From a virus (taxonomy: Duplodnaviria; Caudoviricetes): a stretch of 43,960 nucleotides of DNA. Under the pieces are notes generated by a model. That model made no database searches. It saw nothing but the letters and a program-made list of their open reading frames with translations, and had not been told where the DNA came from. Location of the stretch: IMG/VR virus record IMGVR_UViG_3300036836_000002, positions 1-43,960 of that record; one strand, written 5' to 3'. Of this stretch, positions 25,195-34,971 are shown piece by piece (position 1 is the first letter of the stretch; each line of letters opens with the position of its first letter). The translations under genes and the position numbers were made by a program.

Positions 25195-25971
25195 TTACTC
25201 GTTGACCAGCAGATTGCCGCGCCCAGACGCGTGCACCGTCTCAATCAGTTCATCGCGGCTGTCGAATGAGCGCAGCAGATTGAAGGGCAGGCTCGGCGCC
25301 GCCCAGGTGATTGCCGGCTCGCCGTGCAGCTCGCCATCAAAAGCCTGCTCGAGGAAGTACTGGCCTTTCCGTACGCTGTGGATGCGCAAGTCGCCAGCCC
25401 TCGGCTCGCGCGAATATGCCGGAGCACTGCAGGTGACGGTCGGCCCGCCAAGGTTTTCGCCATCGGTCTGGACGAAGTCTTTCCACTGCGGCGCGTTCTC
25501 GTCCACCTGATCATCTTCGTTGAGATCGGCTATCAGGTCAGCCACTGAAGAAAATTTCTTCGGGGCTTCCTCGGCGTCGAGCGCGGCCTTGACGCCATTC
25601 ACGGCCGTCTCGACGGCTTCCTGCACTGTCAGGGGGATGATCGGCGCCTTGGGGCGCGCAGATGCAGCGGCAGCGTCGATCATCTGGCGGTCGATCGGCA
25701 GCGCGATGGCCCTGCCGAGTTTTTCCGCCTCGCCTATCGCGATCAGCACATCGTCGAACAGCTCGCGATAGGTGACGGCTACGCCCGAATCGTTGCGCTC
25801 GGCGCGGCCGTCGACCTGCCCCTTGTTGAACGCGACTGGCAGCGGGATAAGCTGCACGACGGGGGGCTGCAGGATCTTGACTTCCGCTTGCCCGATCGGC
25901 CGGCCTCGCTGATCTGTCGCCGGCGGCATGGTCACTCTGACAGCCGTCAGCTTGATGTATTGAGGGTTCAT
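25195..25971 (-). CDS. Hypothetical protein
   Basis: ATG after GGAGAAG. ATGA overlap with the upstream gene. Confidence 0.7.
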   Translation of the reverse strand: MNPQYIKLTAVRVTMPPATDQRGRPIGQAEVKILQPPVVQLIPLPVAFNKGQVDGRAERNDSGVAVTYRELFDDVLIAIGEAEKLGRAIALPIDRQMIDAAAASARPKAPIIPLTVQEAVETAVNGVKAALDAEEAPKKFSSVADLIADLNEDDQVDENAPQWKDFVQTDGENLGGPTVTCSAPAYSREPRAGDLRIHSVRKGQYFLEQAFDGELHGEPAITWAAPSLPFNLLRSFDSRDELIETVHASGRGNLLVNE

Positions 25972-26132
25972 GGTTTCTTCTCCAGGTTGATGGGTTTGAC
26001 GCACACAAAGCCGGTTCTGGTCTGCACCCTGACGCCGCCGGCATCGGTGCAACGCTCATCCTCGAAGCCGCCGAAAATGAAGATGACGGCGAAGATGAAA
26101 ACTAAGATGGCCAGGAATTGGGGGAAGCTCAT
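25968..26132 (-). CDS. Small membrane protein with Cys pair
   Basis: 'FLAILVFIFAVIFIFGG' TM, then C..GG..C. GAGG RBS. Confidence 0.65.
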   Translation of the reverse strand: MSFPQFLAILVFIFAVIFIFGGFEDERCTDAGGVRVQTRTGFVCVKPINLEKKP

Positions 26133-26407
26133 ATCAGCCTCACGATCGCCGGCGGCGCCGGCTTCAGATAGGCGTCGCGCAGACCAGTAGCCGACCACAG
26201 GACGCAAATCAGCACGATCTGCAGCCAGCACCAGGCGAGGAAACGCCCCCATGCGAAAAGGCGTCTTTCCCGGCGTATCGAACTGTCGACAATCTCGCTT
26301 AGAGTTTTTGGCATGGGGCCAACAGGGTGCGGCCAGACAAATTCGTAAGTCCGGCATTCCGCTTCCGTGCGCGGCCTAGTCGGCATGTCGTTCGGGCCGA
26401 TCATCAT
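26129..26407 (-). CDS. Small membrane protein
   Basis: TM 'FLAWCWLQIVLICVLWSA'. Coupled to neighbouring genes. Confidence 0.6.
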   Translation of the reverse strand: MMIGPNDMPTRPRTEAECRTYEFVWPHPVGPMPKTLSEIVDSSIRRERRLFAWGRFLAWCWLQIVLICVLWSATGLRDAYLKPAPPAIVRLI

Positions 26408-26408
26408 A

Positions 26409-26627
26409 TCAGCTCGCCATCCATGTGAGGCCGGCGCCGAGGATCAGCCCGAAAGCCAGGATAAACAGCGCCACCGCGATTTCCATGGCGCGCCCTTCGA
26501 CGCTCTCGCCGCGAGTGAACTTGTCCAGCCAAGCTGATGTCTCGCGCGCGCACAATGCGCACATGTCGCTTTGGTCAAGCATCGTCGGCACCATCGGCCG
26601 CCTGCAGCAGATGCATTCCTTCCTCAT
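26409..26627 (-). CDS. Small zinc-ribbon plus TM protein
   Basis: CxxC..CxxC N-terminus and C-terminal TM helix. GGGGA RBS. Confidence 0.6.
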   Translation of the reverse strand: MRKECICCRRPMVPTMLDQSDMCALCARETSAWLDKFTRGESVEGRAMEIAVALFILAFGLILGAGLTWMAS

Positions 26628-26694
26628 GGCCCTGTCCCCGTCTTTGCAATTCTAACGTCTGACGATTACCATGCGGCGAAACAGGGAAACAGAC

Positions 26695-26919
26695 ATGAAG
26701 CAACGCAGAATCACAATTCGCGTGACTGAGGAGATGGCGCAACAGATCGAAAGCGCGCGCAGGTCCATCGATCCTGGCGACCGTTACGGCGACCTGGGCG
26801 GAAAGGGGCGGCGCTGGCGCCATCGGCGCGCCGGCGAGGCGTCGGCATCGGCCGTCGTGCAAGAGGCGTTGGAAAGCTATTTCAGGAAGCCGGGCAAGCG
26901 TGGCAGCAGCGGCAATTGA
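26695..26919 (+). CDS. Ribbon-helix-helix DNA-binding protein
   Basis: 'RRITIRVTEEMAQQIESARR...SASAVVQEALESYF'. Confidence 0.7.
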   Translation: MKQRRITIRVTEEMAQQIESARRSIDPGDRYGDLGGKGRRWRHRRAGEASASAVVQEALESYFRKPGKRGSSGN

Positions 26920-28315
26920 GTTACCCGCGAGCGGATGGCGGCCGCGTAAGCATCAGCGCCGGCTATGGTCCTATCTCGAGCACGGCGGCAAGCGGGCGAT
27001 TGCTATCTGTCATCGCCGGTGGGGCAAAGATGACGTTGCGCTGCACTACACGGCAACGGCTGCGCACAAGCGCGTCGCCGACTACTGGCATTGCCTACCC
27101 GAATATGCCCAGGCGCGCAAAGCCATCTGGATGGCGGTCAACCCGCATACGGGGCGCCGGCGCATCGATGAGGCGTTCCCATTCCATCTGCGCGAGCAGA
27201 CATGGGAAAACGAGATGGCGATCCGCTTCAAAAACGGATCGCTCTGGCGCGTGGTCGGCAGCGACAACCCGAATAGCCTGGTCGGCACGGCTCCGGCGGG
27301 CCTCGTCATGTCGGAATATGCCCTAAGTAATCCCGCGTCGTGGGGCTACCTGGCGCCGATCCTGGAAGAAAACAACGGCTGGGCGCTGTTCATCACCACG
27401 CCGCGCGGCCGCAACCATGCCAAAAGCATGTATGACCTGGCGCGCGCCTCGCCGGGCAAGTGGATGGCCGAGTTTTCCAGCGTCATGGAAAGCGGTTTCT
27501 CGCTCGAGCGCGTCGAGGAAGCGCGGAAGGAATATCACGCGATCTTCGGCCAGGACGCCGGCGACGCGCTCATTGAGCAGGAATATTTCTGCTCATTTTC
27601 GGCGGCGATCCTCGGCGCCTATTGGGGCAAGATCCTGTCGCGCCTCGAGCATGCCGGGCGCATCCGCAAGCTGCCGATCGAGCCGCAGCTGCCCGTGCAT
27701 CGCGCCTGGGATCTGGGCAAGGGCGATCACATGGCGATCTGGTTTTTCCAGGTCTGGGCGGGCCAGGTGCGCGTCGTCGATTTCGTGCAGGGGCATGCTG
27801 TCGGCATTCCGGGCTTTGCCCGCATCATCCGCGAGGAGAAGAACATCCGCGGCGGGATTGACTACGTGCCGCACGATGCGCGCGTGGTCGAGCTCGGCAC
27901 GGAAAAGTCGCGCCTGGAAACCATGAAAACCTGCGGTCTCAATCCTGAGATCATCGCAATGCATCGTGTCGAGGACCGCATCAACGCCGGCCGACGCGTG
28001 CTGCCGCGATGCTGGTTCGATGAGGAGAACTGCAAGCAGGGCCTCGAGGCGCTGCGCAATTACCGGAGCGAATGGGATCAGGACAAGATGACCTTCCTCG
28101 ACATTCCGGAGAAAGATTGGTCGACGCACGGCGCCGACGCTTTCGGCTATCTGTGCTATTCGGTCGAGGAGATCGAGGTGTCTAAACCTAAGCCTCTGGC
28201 GCGGGTGATGCAAACGACGCACAATGGCCAGCAATTGCCGCCGAACCAGGTCACGCTTGGCGATCTGTGGGATTTGAACGCGAAGGAAGATAACCCGATG
28301 GGGTATGCACAATGA
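26900..28315 (+). CDS. terL: Terminase large subunit
   Basis: 'PRKHQ', Walker A 'HRRWGKD', 'FKNGS', Walker B 'LVMSEYA', 'ITTPRGRNH', 'QEYFCSF', nuclease 'AWDLG', 'HGADAFGY'. Confidence 0.96.
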   Translation: MAAAAIELPASGWRPRKHQRRLWSYLEHGGKRAIAICHRRWGKDDVALHYTATAAHKRVADYWHCLPEYAQARKAIWMAVNPHTGRRRIDEAFPFHLREQTWENEMAIRFKNGSLWRVVGSDNPNSLVGTAPAGLVMSEYALSNPASWGYLAPILEENNGWALFITTPRGRNHAKSMYDLARASPGKWMAEFSSVMESGFSLERVEEARKEYHAIFGQDAGDALIEQEYFCSFSAAILGAYWGKILSRLEHAGRIRKLPIEPQLPVHRAWDLGKGDHMAIWFFQVWAGQVRVVDFVQGHAVGIPGFARIIREEKNIRGGIDYVPHDARVVELGTEKSRLETMKTCGLNPEIIAMHRVEDRINAGRRVLPRCWFDEENCKQGLEALRNYRSEWDQDKMTFLDIPEKDWSTHGADAFGYLCYSVEEIEVSKPKPLARVMQTTHNGQQLPPNQVTLGDLWDLNAKEDNPMGYAQ

Positions 28316-28617
28316 CGCTGATGGCACCCTTTACGCCGGGCGCTACCGCGAATGCGACATCCGGCGCCGGCTCGAGTTCCGCAGCAACCGCTCTGACAAA
28401 GGCTGGGCAGCAGGCGCTGATCACGTCCGAAAGCGGCGGCACGCAGGCCAAGGCGTTTATCAAGTTCGGCGACAATGCGGTGCAGGCGGCCGCCACAGAT
28501 ACGCCGATCTTGCCCGGCACGACGCAGATCCTCACGCCGCCGAGCACGGCCACGCACTTCGCCGTGTTCAGTGCGGCCGCGACGCTGATCTATGTCACAA
28601 GCGGCATTGGTGAATAG
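28312..28617 (+). CDS. Small virion beta-sandwich protein (putative)
   Basis: Similar to the N-terminal domain of the collagen fibre at 39761. Confidence 0.65.
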   Translation: MTLMAPFTPGATANATSGAGSSSAATALTKAGQQALITSESGGTQAKAFIKFGDNAVQAAATDTPILPGTTQILTPPSTATHFAVFSAAATLIYVTSGIGE

Positions 28618-28619
28618 CC

Positions 28620-28949
28620 ATGGCTGCGCGGGGGATTTCGCAGGCGCCGCCGCCGCCCAAGATCACGCTGGCCGCTTCCGAGCTCACGGCGAAAAACCTC
28701 TATACGCTGGACTTCTCGGACACCTATGGCGCCATCGCGGCGCTTGTGGGTGCCACGAAGACGCGCACGATCAGCGGCTTGCTGACGACGGATTACGTCG
28801 ACCTGATCGCCCTGGATAGCCTCAGCGGCGCCGCAATCTCGCATTCCTGGGTATCGGCGCCCGACACACTTTCCATTCGTTTCGTGACCGCCGTCGCCCT
28901 GGGCGTCACTCTCGGCGCCATCAATTTCCGCCTGCTTGTGGTGAGGTAG
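28620..28949 (+). CDS. Small virion protein (putative)
   Basis: Between terminase and portal. 'TISGLLTTDYV', 'WVSAPDTLSIRF'. Confidence 0.6.
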   Translation: MAARGISQAPPPPKITLAASELTAKNLYTLDFSDTYGAIAALVGATKTRTISGLLTTDYVDLIALDSLSGAAISHSWVSAPDTLSIRFVTAVALGVTLGAINFRLLVVR

Positions 28950-28950
28950 C

Positions 28951-31542
28951 ATGTCCATTCAGGATTCCGATCAGGGACAAGACGGTGTCGGCGATCCTGA
29001 TGAGGAGATCGGCGAGCGCCCAGGCGATGTCGCCGCGCGCTGGAAGATGGAGCTCGACGCGGCGCGCAAGGGGCCGTATCAGCGCTGGCTGAAGCGGGCC
29101 AAGCGGTCGATTCGCCGCTTCCGTGACGAGGACATGGACAGCGAGGACGGCGCCGTCACAAGGCGCAACGCGCAGTTCAATGTGCTGTGGTCGAATGTGA
29201 ACACGGTCGCGCCGAGCGTCTACAGCCGGGCGCCGAAGCCGATCGCCGAGCGGCGCTATCTCGACCGCGATACGCTGGCGCGGGCCGGCGCCACGATCCT
29301 GCAGCGCGCCCTGTCCTACTCGATCGAGGACAGCGGCTTGCATGACACCATGCTGCAATGTCGCACGGATTTCTTCCTGGTCGGCATCGGATCGGCCTGG
29401 CTGCGCTACGAAGCCGAGTACGACAAGACGGCGCCGCAGCATCAGGAAGATCCGACCAGGCCGCCGGCAGCGGGCGCCCAGGCGCAAACCTACGTCAACA
29501 ATCCCAAGGTGACGAAACAGAAAACCTGCGTCGACTACTGCCATTGGTCGGATGAGCTTTTCTCGCCGGCCCGCTTCTGGTCTGAGGTGCGGTGGCGGGC
29601 GAAGCGGGCATATTACACGCGGCGCCAGCTGCGCGATCGCTTCGACCGCAAGGTTGCTGACGCCATCCCGCTGAAGGTGCAGCGCGGCCGCAGGCAGAAC
29701 GACGTCACCGACCAGCAGCGCGAATTCCTCGGCACGGCCGAGGTGTGGCAGATCTGGGATTTCGAGGCGCGCGAAGTCATCTGGATTTGCGAGGATTACC
29801 TTGTCGGCCCGCTGAAGACGATGCCTGACAAGCTCGGCCTTTCATGCTTCGTTCCTGCGGCGCAGCCCGTGCGCGCCACGACGACGAACGACGCAATCTG
29901 GCCGATCCCGGATTATTCCATCTGGCGCGACCAGGCCGGCGAGCTCGACAGCCTCACGGCCCGCATTGCCGCGCTCACGCGCACCATCAAGGCCGTTGGC
30001 GTCTTCGACAATTCCTTCCCCGAGCTTGAGCGCATGCTGCAAGAGGGGATGGAAAATAAGCTGATCGGCGTCAAGAACTGGGCGAAGCTAACACAGCGCG
30101 GCGGCCTCGCCGGCAGCGTGGGGCTGTTGCCGATCAAGGAAATGGCCGACGCACTCACGGCGCTGTACATGGCCCGCGCCCAGGTCAAGCAAGACCTGTA
30201 CGAGATCTCCGGCGTCTCCGATATCGTGCGCGGCGCCAGCAACCCGAACGAAACCGCGCGCGCCCAGGAAATCAAGGGGCAGTTCTCTAGCGTGCGCGGC
30301 AGCGATCGCAAGAACGAGTTCAACCGCTTCGTGCGCGACACGCTGTGCATCATGGCCGAGATCATCCTCGAGCATTACACCGACGACATGCTCTGGCTGA
30401 TGTCGGATTTCGAGCAATGGGCGAAAGACCAGGATCTGCGCGCCTATGCGCCTGATCAGCCCATGATGGGGCACAATGGCGGCCCGCCGCTTGACATGCC
30501 GGCGCCGCCCATGGCACCACAGCAGCCGCTAAGTCTCGACCAGAGGCCTGCCGGCGTTCCTGGCGCCGTATCAGCACAGCAGCCTGCGACGGCGCCAGAA
30601 CCTGCGCCATCGGCGACAATGCCCCCACCTGCGGCGCCGATGGCAAGCTCTCCGGGCATCCCGCCAGTTCAGGGGCTGCCGATGGGCGTAAACCCGGCGC
30701 CAGCAATGCCGCCGCCCGGCCCCGTCATCCCGCCAGCGATCCCGCCACGCGCGCTGTTTGACGAAGCGCTCGCCCTCCTGCGCGAAGACAAGCTGCGGTC
30801 CTTCCGAATCGTGGTCGAGACGAACAGCACGATCGAGCCGGACGCGACGCAGGAAAAGCAGGCGCGCGTCGAATTCCTCGGCGCTGTGACGCAGTTCCTC
30901 GCCCAGGCGCAGGAAATGGCGGCGGCCTATCCGCAGATCATGCCGGTACTAGGCAAGATGCTGCTATTCGGCGCGCGCGGCTTCCAGGTCGGGCGCGAGC
31001 TCGAGAGCGCGCTGGAAGGGCTGATTTCCGACCTCGAGCGGATGGCGAAAAACCCGGCGCCGAAGCCGCCATCTGAGGAAGAGATCAAGGCGCAGAGCGA
31101 GCGCGAAAAGCATCAATTCGACATGCAGAAGCTGCAGGCCGAGGCGCAGCGCGATCAGCAGACCTTCGCCATGGAAATGCAGAAAATGCGCATGGAGATG
31201 CAGGCCCTGGTCGAAAAGCTGCAGATCGAGCGCGAAAAGCTGATGATGGACCTGCAGGTGAAGCGCGAGCAGGCAGACATCAAGCGCGTTGAGGGGCAGC
31301 AGGATCTGATGCTAAAGCAGGAACAGAACGCCATGGACGCGCAGGCGATGAACCGCCGGGCGGCGAACGATGAGCGCTCGGCCCAGCTCGAGGCTGAGGG
31401 GATGGAAAGGCAGGCTGCACATGATAAGCGGAAAGTGGAACTGGCTGAGGAAACTGCGGAGGTCAAAGCCGACGCAGCCGCAACAGCCGCTCGCGCCAAG
31501 GCCAACGGTGCCGGAAATGGGAAGCGTCGCGCTGACGCCTAG
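28951..31542 (+). CDS. Portal protein (P22-like, long coiled-coil barrel)
   Basis: 'FNVLWSNV..P.VY..PKP', 'PIPDY', 'LYEISGVSDIVRG...ETA.AQ.IK', Q/E-rich helical tail. Follows terminase. Confidence 0.92.
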   Translation: MSIQDSDQGQDGVGDPDEEIGERPGDVAARWKMELDAARKGPYQRWLKRAKRSIRRFRDEDMDSEDGAVTRRNAQFNVLWSNVNTVAPSVYSRAPKPIAERRYLDRDTLARAGATILQRALSYSIEDSGLHDTMLQCRTDFFLVGIGSAWLRYEAEYDKTAPQHQEDPTRPPAAGAQAQTYVNNPKVTKQKTCVDYCHWSDELFSPARFWSEVRWRAKRAYYTRRQLRDRFDRKVADAIPLKVQRGRRQNDVTDQQREFLGTAEVWQIWDFEAREVIWICEDYLVGPLKTMPDKLGLSCFVPAAQPVRATTTNDAIWPIPDYSIWRDQAGELDSLTARIAALTRTIKAVGVFDNSFPELERMLQEGMENKLIGVKNWAKLTQRGGLAGSVGLLPIKEMADALTALYMARAQVKQDLYEISGVSDIVRGASNPNETARAQEIKGQFSSVRGSDRKNEFNRFVRDTLCIMAEIILEHYTDDMLWLMSDFEQWAKDQDLRAYAPDQPMMGHNGGPPLDMPAPPMAPQQPLSLDQRPAGVPGAVSAQQPATAPEPAPSATMPPPAAPMASSPGIPPVQGLPMGVNPAPAMPPPGPVIPPAIPPRALFDEALALLREDKLRSFRIVVETNSTIEPDATQEKQARVEFLGAVTQFLAQAQEMAAAYPQIMPVLGKMLLFGARGFQVGRELESALEGLISDLERMAKNPAPKPPSEEEIKAQSEREKHQFDMQKLQAEAQRDQQTFAMEMQKMRMEMQALVEKLQIEREKLMMDLQVKREQADIKRVEGQQDLMLKQEQNAMDAQAMNRRAANDERSAQLEAEGMERQAAHDKRKVELAEETAEVKADAAATAARAKANGAGNGKRRADA

Positions 31543-31681
31543 TATCCCGTCGAGGGTGCTGCTGGATCGCCACGGCTTCCCGATCGCGTATTTCACCGAT
31601 CCGCTGTATGGCGGCGAGGTGGTGTTCCAGGAACGGCTTCGCCACTTCGTGCACATTCCCTTCAGGCATTCGAAACACTGA
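31517..31681 (+). CDS. Possible small hypothetical protein
   Basis: Fills the portal-to-31681 gap with TGATG coupling. No clear RBS. Confidence 0.35.
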   Translation: MGSVALTPSIPSRVLLDRHGFPIAYFTDPLYGGEVVFQERLRHFVHIPFRHSKH

Positions 31682-32085
31682 TGGCGCGCGCATCCTACGT
31701 ATTGCGAGGCGGTCGACTCGTGCCGAAGCACTTGGCGCCGCCGCTCGAGCACCAGGCCCGCGGGCCTCAATCCGATCTCGCATGCCCCAGCTACATCAGC
31801 GACAAGCTCGGCGACGGCGTTGACGGCATGTGGCACCCGGCGACAGGCGAATGGATGGATTCCAAGTCCAAGTTCCGCGCCGAAACCGAAGCCAGGGGCT
31901 TGACAGAAATGGGAAACGAGCCCTTCCCTGAAAGAAAGGTGCAAACGGACGCCGAGTTGCGCGCTGAAGTGGCGCAAGAAATTGCTGACACTTACGACCA
32001 GATCGCCGCCGAGGTGGTCAAGGTCGAGGACGCGAAACCGGTCAATCCGGACGTGCTGAACGTGGAGCTGGCCAAGAATGTTTGA
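31681..32085 (+). CDS. Conserved head-module hypothetical protein
   Basis: 'HPATGEWMDSKSKFR...GLTEMGNE'. Between portal and scaffold. Confidence 0.7.
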   Translation: MARASYVLRGGRLVPKHLAPPLEHQARGPQSDLACPSYISDKLGDGVDGMWHPATGEWMDSKSKFRAETEARGLTEMGNEPFPERKVQTDAELRAEVAQEIADTYDQIAAEVVKVEDAKPVNPDVLNVELAKNV

Positions 32086-33340
32086 ACGCGACGACGAAAA
32101 CAGCGAGCGCGAATATTCGACGCGCGATGCGCTGGTCGCGGCTTTCGAGGCATTCGACGCCGGCACACTGACGGCCGAGAACGCACACACTCTCGAGCTT
32201 CCCAAGGATACTGAGGCCGCCAAGGATCAATCCAACGGTGCGGCAGCCGGGGCAAATGCCCAGGGGGCGGGAGGCACGCAGCAGGAACGGAAATCCCCTG
32301 CTGGTGATCCCGCCTCCGCCACCCAGCAAGACAATTCCCGCGACAGCCGCCGCGATCCCGCGACGGGCCGTTTCGCGAAGGGCGAGGGCGAAGGCGAGCG
32401 GAAACCCGCTGCGGCCGATCCCGCGTCGCAGCAGCAGGCAAAGCCCGACCAGCAGCAACAGCAGCCGGCGACGCCGCCGCAGGATGAAAAGCCTGCAGGC
32501 CAAGCGCAACCGGAGCCAGCGCCGCAGGGCATGTCTGACAAGGCCGCTGCAATCTGGGGTAACGCATCGCCGGAAGCCCGCGCCTACATCGCGGAAACCG
32601 AAGGCGTGCTTGCCAAGATTTCAGATGGGGTGAAACCGCTTTTCGAGACGGCCAAAGAGCACGGCCTGCATGGCTTCGAATACGCGCAAAGGCTTGTGAA
32701 CGCTGACAAGTACCTGCGCCGCGATCCCATGAACGCGATGCTTTGGCTGATGGAAACGCACAAGATCGATCCGGAAGCGCTGGCCGATATGGCGGCCGCC
32801 AAGCGCGCAGGGATTCAGATCCCACAGCCCAACGGCCAGCAGCAACCCGATCAGAATTTCAACCCTGCGATCCAATCGCTGACAACGCAGGTCCAAGAGC
32901 TCACCTCGAAGCTGACGCAGCGCGAGCAGGCCGAGCAGCAGCAGGCGCAGGACGCCGCGAACGCTCGCAAGGCCGCTGTCCGGCAGCAGTTTGATGCCTT
33001 CACCGCCGACAAGGCGAAAGCCCCGTATTGGAAGGAAGTCGAATCCGCGGCCCTTGCCTTCATTCCCGCCGTTCAACGCGTGCAACCACAGGCCTCGGTT
33101 TCCGATGTGCTGGCGAAAGCCTATGAGCTTGCCTGCAACGAAAACCCGACTGTGCGCGCCAAGATCGACGCGGAACGCAACAGGCAGCGGCAGCAGCAGG
33201 ATCGGCACACGCGCGCCCGCGATCTGCAGAGCATGACAGATCACCGCGGCGCACCGCTTCCCAAGACGACGGCGAACGGGCACGACAAGAGCCTCCGGGA
33301 CGAGATTGCAGCGAATTGGGACGCCTTCGACAATAGGTGA
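32078..33340 (+). CDS. Capsid scaffolding protein
   Basis: Disordered N-terminus with 'RDPATGRFAK', helical body, C-terminal 'SLRDEI'. Directly precedes the capsid gene. Confidence 0.82.
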   Translation: MFERDDENSEREYSTRDALVAAFEAFDAGTLTAENAHTLELPKDTEAAKDQSNGAAAGANAQGAGGTQQERKSPAGDPASATQQDNSRDSRRDPATGRFAKGEGEGERKPAAADPASQQQAKPDQQQQQPATPPQDEKPAGQAQPEPAPQGMSDKAAAIWGNASPEARAYIAETEGVLAKISDGVKPLFETAKEHGLHGFEYAQRLVNADKYLRRDPMNAMLWLMETHKIDPEALADMAAAKRAGIQIPQPNGQQQPDQNFNPAIQSLTTQVQELTSKLTQREQAEQQQAQDAANARKAAVRQQFDAFTADKAKAPYWKEVESAALAFIPAVQRVQPQASVSDVLAKAYELACNENPTVRAKIDAERNRQRQQQDRHTRARDLQSMTDHRGAPLPKTTANGHDKSLRDEIAANWDAFDNR

Positions 33341-33343
33341 ACC

Positions 33344-34366
33344 ATGGCAGTCCCTGGCCTGTCGGAAGTGGCCACCATGACGCTGCGCAATCGCACGCGT
33401 CGGGTGCGCGACAACATGAGCCGGAATAACGCTGTCTATGCACGCCTGAACGCGCGGGGCAATGTGCGCCCGTTCTCAGGCGGCCGGACCATCGTCCAGG
33501 AAGTTGAGTATGCCAACAACCTGACGTATCAGCGCTTTTCCGGTTATCAGACGCTCAATATCAGCCCTTCGCCGGCCTTCTCGGCGGCCGAGTACGCCAT
33601 TCGCCAGGTCGCGGTGGTCGTCTCGATTTCGGGGCTCGAGCAGCTGCAGAACAGCGGCCGCGAGCAGTCAATCAACCTGCTCGAATCGCGCATCAGCAAC
33701 GCCGAGAAGACGTTCAAGAACGGCTTCAGCTACGACCTGTATCAGGATGGCAGCATCACCGGGCAGATCGGCGGCCTGGCGCTTCTGGTCGCGAGCTCGC
33801 CGGCAACCGGCACGATCGGCGGTATTGACCGCTCGCTGTGGCCGTTCTGGCGCAATTACGCCTTCTCGGCGGCTACGGATGGTGGCGCGGCGATCAGCCC
33901 CGCCAACGTCTATGAGTATTTCCTCACGGTCTGGCAGAACACCTGCCGGGGCGCTGATCGCGTCGACCTGATCCTGGCCGACAACGTCGCGTGGGGAGCC
34001 TATAACCGCTCGCTGCACGGCATCCAGCGCATCACGAACACGTCTTCCGACATGGCGAAAGCCGGCTGGTCGACGCTGCAGTTCATGGATGCCGACGTCG
34101 TTATGGACGGCGGTTATCAGGGCCTGACGACAGACGGCAACAACTTCGGCGCTGCCGGGGCTGGCGTTGTCGGCGGCGCGCCTTCCGCTAATGCGTTCTT
34201 CCTGAATACGGACTATCTGTATCTGAAGCCGCATTCTGACTGTAACCTCGACGTGCTCGAGCCGACCCGCCATAGCGTCAATCAGGATGCCATGGTGCGC
34301 ATCATCGGCTGGGCGGGAAATCTTTGCATGAGCAACGGTTTCCTGCAGGGCCGTTTGGCAGCGTAA
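33344..34366 (+). CDS. Major capsid protein
   Basis: 'TLRNR...DN..NN', 'FSGGRTI', 'SGY.TLNI', 'ISGLE.LQNSG.E..INLLESRI.NAE', 'FLNTDY', 'NQDA'. Confidence 0.93.
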   Translation: MAVPGLSEVATMTLRNRTRRVRDNMSRNNAVYARLNARGNVRPFSGGRTIVQEVEYANNLTYQRFSGYQTLNISPSPAFSAAEYAIRQVAVVVSISGLEQLQNSGREQSINLLESRISNAEKTFKNGFSYDLYQDGSITGQIGGLALLVASSPATGTIGGIDRSLWPFWRNYAFSAATDGGAAISPANVYEYFLTVWQNTCRGADRVDLILADNVAWGAYNRSLHGIQRITNTSSDMAKAGWSTLQFMDADVVMDGGYQGLTTDGNNFGAAGAGVVGGAPSANAFFLNTDYLYLKPHSDCNLDVLEPTRHSVNQDAMVRIIGWAGNLCMSNGFLQGRLAA

Positions 34367-34381
34367 GGGGGAGAAACACAG

Positions 34382-34927
34382 ATGCCTTACGTTGTAACGA
34401 ACCAGCTCGGCGTCGATCTGCTCGCCGCATACGACGCCATCAGCGCCACAACGCCGGAAGTCCCAGGGCACCCGCACGTCTATGGCTCACGCCTGCATGC
34501 GACGGATGGTTCCGAATGGATGTTCGGCAAGGTCGCGGCCGGCGCCACGGTCAACTACGCCGAGGCCGTCACGATCGGGCGCACAAATGACGACGTGACG
34601 CCGATCGTTCGCGGAACCGGCGTGCTGATCGTCGGCCGTCGCTTCGGCGTTTACCAGGGCGCTACGTCGCTCACTGCTGGCATGGCCGCTTGGTTCATGC
34701 TGTCGGGAGCGCCCAAGCTCAAGGTTGGTGGCTCTTGCCTGCCGAACGTGCCCCTCTATACGACGGACACGTCTGGTGTGCTGGATGACCTCACTGCCTC
34801 GACTTCGCAGTTCCTCGTGCGCGGCATTGTCGCGAGCGAGACGAATAGCGGTGCGACGGCGTCGACGGTGAACGCCATCGCGACGTGGCCGACGATCGCG
34901 CCGCTACTCGCTGCGCAGGTGCCGTAA
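34382..34927 (+). CDS. Capsid decoration/cement protein (putative)
   Basis: Follows the capsid gene before a terminator. 'PLYTT.T.G.LDD' motif. Confidence 0.65.
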   Translation: MPYVVTNQLGVDLLAAYDAISATTPEVPGHPHVYGSRLHATDGSEWMFGKVAAGATVNYAEAVTIGRTNDDVTPIVRGTGVLIVGRRFGVYQGATSLTAGMAAWFMLSGAPKLKVGGSCLPNVPLYTTDTSGVLDDLTASTSQFLVRGIVASETNSGATASTVNAIATWPTIAPLLAAQVP

Positions 34928-34933
34928 GAAACG

Positions 34934-34957
34934 GGGCGGCTTTCGGGCCGCCCTTCC
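34934..34957 (+). terminator. Hairpin after the capsid genes (weak terminator or stabiliser)
   Basis: GGGCGGCT-TTCG-GGCCGCCC with only a short U tail. Confidence 0.55.
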
Positions 34958-34971
34958 CACCTTGAGGCTGC

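Noticed and set aside
29029-29061. Array unit 1 matching the portal gene (VAARW)
   Set aside because: Only the first five dinucleotides agree (9/10 bases) and the rest do not. Compatible with chance.
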